Below are positions 38,757 through 46,532 of a stretch of DNA of 51,087 bases, one piece after another. The stretch lies in NCBI GenBank assembly GCA_905200775.1, contig CAJKLQ010000001.1, positions 1-51,087 of the forward strand. Reading direction: 5' to 3'. The number at the start of each line of letters is the position of its first letter. Within the stretch, counting starts at the first letter, position 1. The notes under the pieces are model-generated. The model saw only the letters and a program-made list of their open reading frames with translations. It was not told where the DNA came from and did no database searches. The DNA is from Candidatus Avelusimicrobium alvi. GTDB taxonomy: Bacteria; Elusimicrobiota; Elusimicrobia; Elusimicrobiales; Elusimicrobiaceae. The position numbers and the translations under genes were made by a program.

Positions 38757-39845
38757 ATGAATAAACGTTTCTTAATTGCATCCGGCGGCACGGGGGGGCA
38801 TTTCTACCCGGGCCTGGCTCTTGGCAAAGAGCTCAGAAGACAGGGTTTTGCCGTTCTGTTTGTGGTGCGCAAAAACGATCCCGCCGCCCAAATACTGGAC
38901 ACGCATAAACTCCGTTACAAAGAAATAGACTTCACCGGCCTTCCCCGTTCGGTAAACCCGCTGCGGCATTTGAAATTTTGGGCCAAATTTTTTAAATCTC
39001 TTAACCAAACCCGCCGCATTATTAAAGATTTCCGGCCCGACGCGGCCGTCGGCACCGGCGGATACATTTCCTTCCCGCTTATTTTTACGGCGCATTTTAT
39101 GGGCGTTAAAACCGCCGTACACGATTCCAACGCCCGCCTGGGGCTGGCCAACCGGGTGTGCGGAAAATTCGCCGATTTGTTTATGCTGGGCCTGCCGGTG
39201 GATAAAAAAATCCGAAATTCGGTGCTTACCAGCACGCCCATACGCGGTGAATTTGCCGACGCCGCCGACCGTACGGCGGTACTGGAGGGCCTGGGGCTGG
39301 ACCCGGCCAAACGCACCGCCCTTATTTTTGGCGGAAGCCAGGGCGCCAAAGGGTTAAACGCCGCCAGCGCGCAGGCGGTAAAAGAGCTGGCAAAAACGGC
39401 GCGCGGCTGGCAGTTTATCCATATTACCGGCGAGCGGTGGTTCGGCGTGATTCGCGAAGAATATGCCGGGCTTGGGAATATTGCCGTTCTGCCCTACAGC
39501 CACGAGATTTATGCGCTTATGCGCACGGCGGATTTAGCCGTCTGCCGAAGCGGGGCGAGCACCCTGGCCGAGCTTATCTACTGCCGTCTGCCGGCCATTC
39601 TGGTGCCTTTCCCGCACGCGGCGGCGGACCATCAGTATTATAACGCCAAAATCTTGCAGGAAGCCGGCTGCGCCCTGTTGGTGCGCGAGGACAAAAACCT
39701 GGAAGAAAACCTGCTGGAGGCTTTCAAGCGCGTAACGGGCAAAGGGCGGCAGCTTGCTTCTATGCGCGGGAGCTACAGCCGCCTGCACATCCCGAACCCG
39801 ATGACGGCTTCCAAAGAAATCGTCAAACTCCTGCGCCATTTATAA
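38757..39845 (+). CDS. murG: Lipid II GlcNAc transferase MurG
   Basis: GGTGGH, GTGGY, GGSQGA, RSGAST, DHQYYNA. Confidence 0.96.
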   Translation: MNKRFLIASGGTGGHFYPGLALGKELRRQGFAVLFVVRKNDPAAQILDTHKLRYKEIDFTGLPRSVNPLRHLKFWAKFFKSLNQTRRIIKDFRPDAAVGTGGYISFPLIFTAHFMGVKTAVHDSNARLGLANRVCGKFADLFMLGLPVDKKIRNSVLTSTPIRGEFADAADRTAVLEGLGLDPAKRTALIFGGSQGAKGLNAASAQAVKELAKTARGWQFIHITGERWFGVIREEYAGLGNIAVLPYSHEIYALMRTADLAVCRSGASTLAELIYCRLPAILVPFPHAAADHQYYNAKILQEAGCALLVREDKNLEENLLEAFKRVTGKGRQLASMRGSYSRLHIPNPMTASKEIVKLLRHL

Positions 39846-39862
39846 GGCCGCACAGACATACA

Positions 39863-39892
39863 AAAACCCCGGAACCAATGTTCCGGGGTTTT
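39863..39892. terminator. Bidirectional terminator (murG / pilin)
   Basis: AAAACCCCGGAAC-CAAT-GTTCCGGGGTTTT. Confidence 0.8.
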
Positions 39893-39908
39893 GATATTGT
39901 TAGAGGAA

Positions 39909-40394
39909 TTACATCCCCTGAATAAATTTGCACATCTGTTCGCCGGTATCGTCAGTATAATCACAGCTTTTGCTATTTGGATTATTAGGGTTATACCAAA
40001 AGTTGTAGATATAGTTATCAACCGTTCCGTCGTCCGTGCGCCAGACGTCCACATAACCGCCCGTACTTAAACCAAGCTCATAAATAAACAGTTTGGTTTT
40101 ATAAGCGTCGCAGGTGCCTACGCCAGTTTTGCTGTATCCGCTCGGACTCGTTATCCAACTGCCGCCTTTTAAATCTACGTCGGCTATATCCGTGCGTTTG
40201 CAGGCGGTGGTTTCGTTCGGGTTTGCCTGCAAATAACGCTGTTGGGCGTCCACCATCGCTTTGGCGATAATCAACCCTTCACTCAGGCGGGATTTTTCCA
40301 CCGCCGTTTCGTACTGCGGCAGGGCGATGGCCGATAAAATACCGATAATCAGCACCACCACCAACAGTTCAATAAGCGTAAAACCTTTATTCAT
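39909..40394 (-). CDS. Type IV pilin-like (PilE-like) protein
   Basis: MNKG|FTLIELLVVVLIIGILSAIALPQY; SD AAGGAG. Confidence 0.93.
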   Translation of the reverse strand: MNKGFTLIELLVVVLIIGILSAIALPQYETAVEKSRLSEGLIIAKAMVDAQQRYLQANPNETTACKRTDIADVDLKGGSWITSPSGYSKTGVGTCDAYKTKLFIYELGLSTGGYVDVWRTDDGTVDNYIYNFWYNPNNPNSKSCDYTDDTGEQMCKFIQGM

Positions 40395-40428
40395 GTCGTC
40401 TCCTTAAAATTTGGATTTCTACTACAAT

Positions 40429-40456
40429 AGTATACAAATTTTGCGCCGTTTCTCAA
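40429..40456 (-). promoter_or_regulatory. Promoter of the second pilin
   Basis: Minus strand TTGAGA, 16-nt spacer, TATACT. Confidence 0.65.
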
Positions 40457-40480
40457 GTACAAAAAACGCTTTTTAAAGGC

Positions 40481-40532
40481 TTGACGGAAAAGGGGGAAAG
40501 TGTTATACTAATATATGAACATATGTTCATAT
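40481..40532 (+). promoter_or_regulatory. Metal-efflux operon promoter with SmtB/CadC-type operator
   Basis: TTGACG-17-TATACT (40481-40509); perfect palindrome ATATGAACAT|ATGTTCATAT (40513-40532). Confidence 0.88.
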
Positions 40533-40554
40533 GTTTTATTAACGAGGTCCCTTT

Positions 40555-40935
40555 ATGAAAAAAACATCCCTGCCCGGCGGACGCAAACCCTTTCCCGAAA
40601 CGAAGGGCAAACACGCTAAACGGCACACGCTCCTTTCGCCCGTCCAAATGGCGGACGAAACCCTGTACGATTTGGCCGACTTGTTTAAAGTATTTGGCGA
40701 CAGCACCCGCCTGCGTATTTTGTGCGCGCTGTTCGGCTGCGAACGCTGCGTACAGCATATAGCCGAAGAGCTGGGCATGACCCATTCGGCCATTTCCCAC
40801 CAGCTGCGTTTTTTAAAACAAAACAAACTGGTTAAAAACCGCCGGGAAGGAAAAACCGTGTTTTATTCGCTGGCGGACGAACACGTAAAAACCATTTTCA
40901 ACCAGGGGCTGGAACACGTCCGGGAGGGGTTATGA
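40555..40935 (+). CDS. ArsR/SmtB-family metal-sensing repressor
   Basis: LADLFKVFGDSTRLRIL, SAISHQLRFLK, alpha5 site DEHV...EH. Confidence 0.94.
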   Translation: MKKTSLPGGRKPFPETKGKHAKRHTLLSPVQMADETLYDLADLFKVFGDSTRLRILCALFGCERCVQHIAEELGMTHSAISHQLRFLKQNKLVKNRREGKTVFYSLADEHVKTIFNQGLEHVREGL

Positions 40936-42866
40936 GCGCGCATACGCATCATGCACACCAAGAAACCGCGGCCTGCGATTCCTGCCGCGCCTGCGCCTGT
41001 GCGCACGGGGCAAAAGCCGGGCATTCGTCTTTCGGGGGCTGGAAAAAACTGGCGCTGGCGGCGGTTTTGTTTGCGGCCGGCCTTTTGGCGCCCGGCGGGC
41101 TGTGGGTAAAGCTTCCGCTGTATCTGGCGGCCTATGTGTTATGCGGCGGGGAGATTTTACTTACTTCCCTTCGCAACCTGCGGGCCGGGGAAGTGTTTGA
41201 CGAAAACTTTTTGATGACGGTAGCCACCCTGGGCGCATTTTTAATCGGCGAATACCCGGAAGGCGTAGCCGTTATGCTGTTTTACCAGACGGGGGAAATG
41301 CTCCAGGAGTATGCGGCGGGCAAATCGCGCCGGAGCATTGTGAAACTGATGGACCTGCGGCCGGACTTTGCGCGGGTACTGCGCGGCGGAAAGGAAGAAA
41401 AAGTAAACCCGCAGGACGTAAAAGTGGGCGAAATCACGCGGGTGCGCCCCGGAGAGCGGATTGCGCTGGACGGCGTAATAACGGGGGGAGAGGGGCATAT
41501 TGACGCTTCGGCCCTGACGGGCGAGTCCCGCCCGGTGCGCGCGGAAATAGGCAAAGAAGTACTGGCCGGATGCATCAGCGTGGACGGGGTGTTGGAAATC
41601 CGTACGCAGAAAACCTACGAAAATTCCGCCGTGGCCAAAATTTTGGAACTGGCGGAGAACGCGGCCGGCAAAAAATCTTCGGCTGAAAAATTTATCACGC
41701 GTTTTGCGCGCGTCTATACGCCGGCGGTCGTGTTTGCCGCGGCGGCGGTGGCCGTGCTTCCGCCCTTACTAATGGCGGACGCGTCCTTTAAAACGTGGTT
41801 TTACCGCGCGCTTATTTTCCTGGTGATTTCGTGCCCGTGCGCGCTGGTGCTTTCCGTGCCGCTGGGGTTTTTCGGCGGGATTGGCGGAGCCGCGAAAAAC
41901 GGTATTTTGATTAAAGGCAGTTCGTATTTGGAGCTGTTGTCCCGCCTGCATACGCTGGCTTTTGACAAGACGGGCACCCTTACCCGGGGCGTGTTTGAAG
42001 TAACGGACGTATTCCCCGCGCCGGACGTAAGCCGGGAGGAATTGTTACGGCTGGCCGCGCTGGCGGAACGCCATTCCAATCATCCGATTGCCAAGGCTGT
42101 TTTAAAAGCCGCCGGAGCGGACAATGCCAAAAACGCGCGCGTATCGGTCCGCGAAGCGGCGGGCGAAGGCGTAGAGGCGGAGACGGAAAACACGCGGATT
42201 TTGGCCGGGAACGAGCGTTTGATGCGGCGTTTTAACGTGCACGGGGTGGAAACGGGGCGCGGGACCTGCGTATATATCGCCGAAAACGGCGTATTTAAGG
42301 GCCGCCTTGAATTGGGGGACAAACTTAAACCGGGTGCCAAGGAAGCGGTAAAAGAACTGAGCGGTTTGGTAAACCAGCTGGTTATTCTAAGCGGGGACAG
42401 CGTTTCCGCCGTAGAAAAAACCGCGCACGAGCTGGGCGTAACAAAAGCCTACGGCGGTTTATTGCCCGCCGGCAAAGTGGAAACGCTTGAAAAATTAATG
42501 AGCAAAGCCCCGCAAGGCGCCGCCACGGCTTTTGTTGGGGACGGCATTAACGACGCGCCGGTGCTGGCCCGGGCGGACCTGGGGATTGCCATGGGCGCGC
42601 TGGGGTCGGACGCGGCCATTGAAGCCGCCGACGTCGTGCTGATGACGGACGAGCCGAAAAAGATTGCCGCGGCGGTGCGTCTCTCCCAAAAGACCCTGCG
42701 CGTAATTAAGCAAAACATCGCGCTGGCGCTGGTCATTAAGGCCGCCGTGCTGACGCTTGGCGTGCTGGGGCTTGCCAATATGTGGGGGGCGGTGTTTGCG
42801 GATGTGGGCGTGTCGCTCCTGGCGGTGGCCAATTCTTTAAGGCCTTTGTATTTTAAGGAAATATGA
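40932..42866 (+). CDS. cadA: Heavy-metal (Zn/Cd-type) P1B ATPase
   Basis: His/Cys-rich N-terminus, TGES, CPC, DKTGT, GDGINDAP, ADVG. Confidence 0.92.
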   Translation: MSAHTHHAHQETAACDSCRACACAHGAKAGHSSFGGWKKLALAAVLFAAGLLAPGGLWVKLPLYLAAYVLCGGEILLTSLRNLRAGEVFDENFLMTVATLGAFLIGEYPEGVAVMLFYQTGEMLQEYAAGKSRRSIVKLMDLRPDFARVLRGGKEEKVNPQDVKVGEITRVRPGERIALDGVITGGEGHIDASALTGESRPVRAEIGKEVLAGCISVDGVLEIRTQKTYENSAVAKILELAENAAGKKSSAEKFITRFARVYTPAVVFAAAAVAVLPPLLMADASFKTWFYRALIFLVISCPCALVLSVPLGFFGGIGGAAKNGILIKGSSYLELLSRLHTLAFDKTGTLTRGVFEVTDVFPAPDVSREELLRLAALAERHSNHPIAKAVLKAAGADNAKNARVSVREAAGEGVEAETENTRILAGNERLMRRFNVHGVETGRGTCVYIAENGVFKGRLELGDKLKPGAKEAVKELSGLVNQLVILSGDSVSAVEKTAHELGVTKAYGGLLPAGKVETLEKLMSKAPQGAATAFVGDGINDAPVLARADLGIAMGALGSDAAIEAADVVLMTDEPKKIAAAVRLSQKTLRVIKQNIALALVIKAAVLTLGVLGLANMWGAVFADVGVSLLAVANSLRPLYFKEI

Positions 42867-42875
42867 TATAATGAG

Positions 42876-43124
42876 GTTACCGCGGCGGCAGTAAAGCGGC
42901 GGTAACTACAATTTATTCTGTTTTTGGAATCCTATTGCAGAATAGGAAGGCTTTGGGAAACCAAAGTTTACGCTAGTCCAAAAGCAGCTGGTTTAGGCAG
43001 GAGATAAAGGGAAGTCATGAGCCCTTTATCTTCTGCCGAGTGTTTCGCATATTGTATATGCGAAACCACGGCTGTTTAATGACAAGGCACTAGCGTAACT
43101 TGGCATTATCCAGCCGTTTTTATT
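42876..43124 (+). ncRNA. Candidate highly structured ~250-nt ncRNA (family not recognised)
   Basis: TGnTATAAT at 42864-72; at least 7 helices with G-U wobbles and a GAAA tetraloop on the + strand. Confidence 0.55.
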
Positions 43125-43176
43125 TCTTCCCCGGGCCTTTCCCATTCCCATAGAATTCCGCAGTTAAAGGAACGCT

Positions 43177-43872
43177 ATGCTGGAAAATGAAAAAGCGCTG
43201 TTAAAACAAAAATACGGCCACAATAAATGGCTGTTGGCCGTACATATGCTGGGAAAGTATATCAAAGACATATACCATGCGCCCCGGTTCCATACAAAAA
43301 TAAGTATGCGCGGGCAAAACAACCGCTGTCCCTATGTGCCGCGGGAATGTACGGTAAAAATCATCGGCGACAATAACACCGTGGAAATAGACCCTTCCGT
43401 TAAAATTTTCAAAGGAGAAATTACGGTCGGGGATTTTTATTCTCCCGCCAGCAACTGCCGCGTATATATCGGCAAAAATTGCACTTCCAACGGAACCAAT
43501 ATCGTATTAATGGAGGACGGCACCACCGTTTCCATCGGTGATGACTGTATGTTTTCGTGGGGCGTGGATTTTTTTGTAACGGATTTCCATACCATTTGCG
43601 CGCGGGATACAACAGAAATTATCAATAAAGGAAAGGAGCTGACGGTGGCGGACCATGTGTGGATTGCCATGCACGCCACCATTCTAAAAAATTCCTATAT
43701 CGCCAAAAATTCCATTGTGGGCGCATATGCGGTGGTGGCGGGAAAATTTACGGAAGAAAACTGCGTGCTGGCCGGTAACCCGGCGCGGGTGGTTAAGCGT
43801 CAGGTTTGTTGGCACCGGGACTGGCCCAACCGGTACCGGGCGGATTCCGCCGGGGAATATACGGAAAACTAA
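43177..43872 (+). CDS. Hexapeptide-repeat (left-handed beta-helix) O-acyltransferase
   Basis: IGKNC, IGDDCMFS, TDFH, VADHVWIA, AGNPARVVK; SD AAGGA. Confidence 0.9.
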   Translation: MLENEKALLKQKYGHNKWLLAVHMLGKYIKDIYHAPRFHTKISMRGQNNRCPYVPRECTVKIIGDNNTVEIDPSVKIFKGEITVGDFYSPASNCRVYIGKNCTSNGTNIVLMEDGTTVSIGDDCMFSWGVDFFVTDFHTICARDTTEIINKGKELTVADHVWIAMHATILKNSYIAKNSIVGAYAVVAGKFTEENCVLAGNPARVVKRQVCWHRDWPNRYRADSAGEYTEN

Positions 43873-44834
43873 CGGCCCCGGATGCGTTTAATGTGGCGGC
43901 GGTGCTCGTCAAAGGTTTTGGAAAATACGTGCCGGCCACCGCTGTCGGCCACGAAGTAAAGCGCGTCAAAATTGGGTTCGGGGTTCAGTACGCCCAGCAC
44001 CGATTCCCGGCTTGGGTTGCAAATCGGCCCCGGCGGCAGGCCCGCGTTGCGGTAGGTGTTATAAGGGGAGCTTATTTTTAAATCTTTATAGGTCAGGCCC
44101 TTTTTCCAGTAGCGGTTTTCTTTCAGGTTAAAACCCAGCGCGTATTGCACCGTAGGGTCCGCCTCCAGGCGTTTGCCGATGCGGTAGCGGTTTAGGTATA
44201 CCGCGGCAATTTTGGGCCGCTCGTCGTGCACAATGGCTTCGCGCTCCACGATGGAGGCCACCGTAAGCACCTGTTTTTCGGTCAGGTTCGTTTTGTACTT
44301 TTTAAACAGCGGCGCGATGTTTTTCTTGTACTGCGCAAGCATTTCGTCCACCACTTTTTGGGCGGGCGTATTTTCGGCAAATAAATAAGTGGAGGGGAAC
44401 AGGTAGCCTTCCAGGTCGTTTTTGCGCACGATATCCAGGAACGCGCGCGCGTCCGTGATGCCTTTTTCGGCCAGCACTTCGGCGATTTCTTCGCTCCGCC
44501 AGCCTTCCAGAAACGTTACTTTTTCGTAGTGGGTGCATTTGCCGCTTTTAATGCAGTTGATGACCTCAAAGGCGGAAGTGTTTTCCCGCAGGTCAAAGCG
44601 GCCCGCTTTTAAATCGCGCGCGGAAGAAGTCAAACGCAGCAGGATTTTGAAAAACAGCTCACTGCGGATAATGCCTTTTTCCTTCAGCATTTGCGCCACG
44701 GAAGATCCGCTCTGCCCCGGTTCAATCTTTACCACCACCAGCGGCCCTTTGCTGAAAAAATACGCCCGCACCGCCCACATTCCGGCGGCCGTCAAGCATA
44801 CAAAAAGGCAAAGCAAAAGGATAAATTTTTTCAT
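43869..44834 (-). CDS. mltG: Endolytic transglycosylase MltG
   Basis: LEGYLFPSTY, ASIVERE, LEADPTVQY, SPYNTY, GLPPGPICNP. Confidence 0.96.
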   Translation of the reverse strand: MKKFILLLCLFVCLTAAGMWAVRAYFFSKGPLVVVKIEPGQSGSSVAQMLKEKGIIRSELFFKILLRLTSSARDLKAGRFDLRENTSAFEVINCIKSGKCTHYEKVTFLEGWRSEEIAEVLAEKGITDARAFLDIVRKNDLEGYLFPSTYLFAENTPAQKVVDEMLAQYKKNIAPLFKKYKTNLTEKQVLTVASIVEREAIVHDERPKIAAVYLNRYRIGKRLEADPTVQYALGFNLKENRYWKKGLTYKDLKISSPYNTYRNAGLPPGPICNPSRESVLGVLNPEPNFDALYFVADSGGRHVFSKTFDEHRRHIKRIRGR

Positions 44835-44845
44835 TTAACGGCGCG

Positions 44846-46006
44846 TTATTTTACGAGTTTAAAGAAATGGCGTTTGCCCACCTGAAGCACGTCGCCCGGT
44901 TCAAACGAAAGGGGTCCGTCGGCGGTTACTTTTTCGCCTTTTAAACGCACGGCTCCCTGGTCAATCAGCCCGCGGGCTTTGTTTTTGCTCTGCGCCGCGC
45001 CGGCCGCAAAAATGACGGCGGACAGCAGCGCGCCCGCTTCGGGCTTAAACTCCGGCATATCGGTGGGGAGTTCTTTTTTGGAGAACACTTTTTCAAAATT
45101 TTCAAGCGCGGCCGCCGCGGCTTGTTCGCCGTGGAAGCGCGTAACCAGCAGGCCGGCCAGTTTTTTCTTGGCGGCCATCGGGTGCATGGCTTTGATTTCG
45201 TCCATATTTTCCGAAGTTAAAAGCTCGTAATACATGGGCATCAGTTCGTCCGGGATGGACATTAATTTGCCGAACATATCGCCCGGCTCGTCGTTAAGCC
45301 CCACATAGTTGCCGTAGGATTTGGACATTTTTTTAACCCCGTCCAGCCCCACCAACAGCGGCACCGTAATCGCCACCTGGGGTTCCTGCGCGTGGTTCTT
45401 TTGCAGCTGGCGGCCGACGAGCAGATTGAAAATTTGGTCCGTACCGCCCAGCTCCACGTCCGCTTCCAGCGCCACGGAATCCTGCCCCTGGAACAGGCTG
45501 TAGAGCACTTCCAGCATACTGATGGGGGAACCGGCGGCCATGCGTTTTTTGAAATCGTCGCGCTCCAGCACCTGCGCCACGGTGATTTTTTGCAGGGTTT
45601 GCAGTAAATCTTTGCCCGACACGAAAGGCTCCAGCCATTCGCTGTTAAAGCGGATTTCGGTTTTGGACGGGTCCAATACTTTAAAGGCCTGGTCGGTATA
45701 GGTTTTGGCGTTTTCCAAAATTTTCTCGCGCGGGAGAACGGGGCGGGTGGAATCGCGGCCGGAAGGGTCGCCGATGGCGGCGGTAAAATCGCCGATGACG
45801 AGCACGGCCTTATGTCCTAGGTCCTGAAACCGGCGCATTAAAGACAGCGCCACGCTGTGCCCCAGGTGCAGGTCCGCGCTGGTCGGGTCGCAGCCGAGTT
45901 TGATTTTAAGGGTTTTGCCGCTTTCCAGCTTTTTGGCCAAATCGGCTTTGGACACTACGTCCACGCAGCCGCGCGTTAAAAAATTGATTTGTTCTTCCAG
46001 GGTCAT
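44846..46006 (-). CDS. tyrS: Tyrosine--tRNA ligase
   Basis: DPTSADLHLGH, GGTDQ, KMSKS, C-terminal S4 domain. Confidence 0.98.
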   Translation of the reverse strand: MTLEEQINFLTRGCVDVVSKADLAKKLESGKTLKIKLGCDPTSADLHLGHSVALSLMRRFQDLGHKAVLVIGDFTAAIGDPSGRDSTRPVLPREKILENAKTYTDQAFKVLDPSKTEIRFNSEWLEPFVSGKDLLQTLQKITVAQVLERDDFKKRMAAGSPISMLEVLYSLFQGQDSVALEADVELGGTDQIFNLLVGRQLQKNHAQEPQVAITVPLLVGLDGVKKMSKSYGNYVGLNDEPGDMFGKLMSIPDELMPMYYELLTSENMDEIKAMHPMAAKKKLAGLLVTRFHGEQAAAAALENFEKVFSKKELPTDMPEFKPEAGALLSAVIFAAGAAQSKNKARGLIDQGAVRLKGEKVTADGPLSFEPGDVLQVGKRHFFKLVK

Positions 46007-46116
46007 CTTTTATATTCTCCATCCAAACGGGTTCTTTCTCATATTTTACCATATACAAACCAAAACCGCCCGCCGTGTTTTCGGCGGACGGTTCCGTACA
46101 AATCTTTCGGCGCGGT

Positions 46117-46452
46117 TTAACGCAAAAGCGGGCCGCCGAAGCGGTTGTATCCGCGCGAGCCCGGCCACAGGCAAAGCACCAGCACCGCGACGGGAAACAC
46201 GCACACCAGCAAAAACCACCAGCCGGAAAAATCCATATCGTGCAGGCGGCGCACCGTGGAAAACCACCACGACAGAAACGCCAGCAGCAAAAGCCCGCTG
46301 CCCATAAACAGGCAGATTAGCTTGAGCAGATTGAGCGACTGTTCCGGGCTGCCCGCGCTTACCAGCAGGCCGCCCAGGCCGTACATCACGGCAATCATAC
46401 ACAGCCGGATAAAATAACCCAGCCGGCTTAAACGTCCGTAAAAACCTATCAT
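46117..46452 (-). CDS. DUF805-family inner membrane protein
   Basis: GRLSR, VRRLHDMDFSGWW, GYNRFG. Confidence 0.9.
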   Translation of the reverse strand: MIGFYGRLSRLGYFIRLCMIAVMYGLGGLLVSAGSPEQSLNLLKLICLFMGSGLLLLAFLSWWFSTVRRLHDMDFSGWWFLLVCVFPVAVLVLCLWPGSRGYNRFGGPLLR

Positions 46453-46532
46453 AATACACCCCCTGTATAGTTACAGTCTAGCACAGAACGCGCGGCTCCG
46501 CGCACGTCAAAAAAGATTAGAAACGCCGTTTC

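Noticed and set aside
40481..42866. Metal-resistance operon as a mobile element
   Set aside because: Ordinary SmtB/CadC-P1B ATPase pair; no mobility genes or flanking repeats, and composition resembles the backbone
42876..43124. Retron msr-msd or IscB/TnpB guide RNA
   Set aside because: No reverse transcriptase, nuclease or transposase gene nearby
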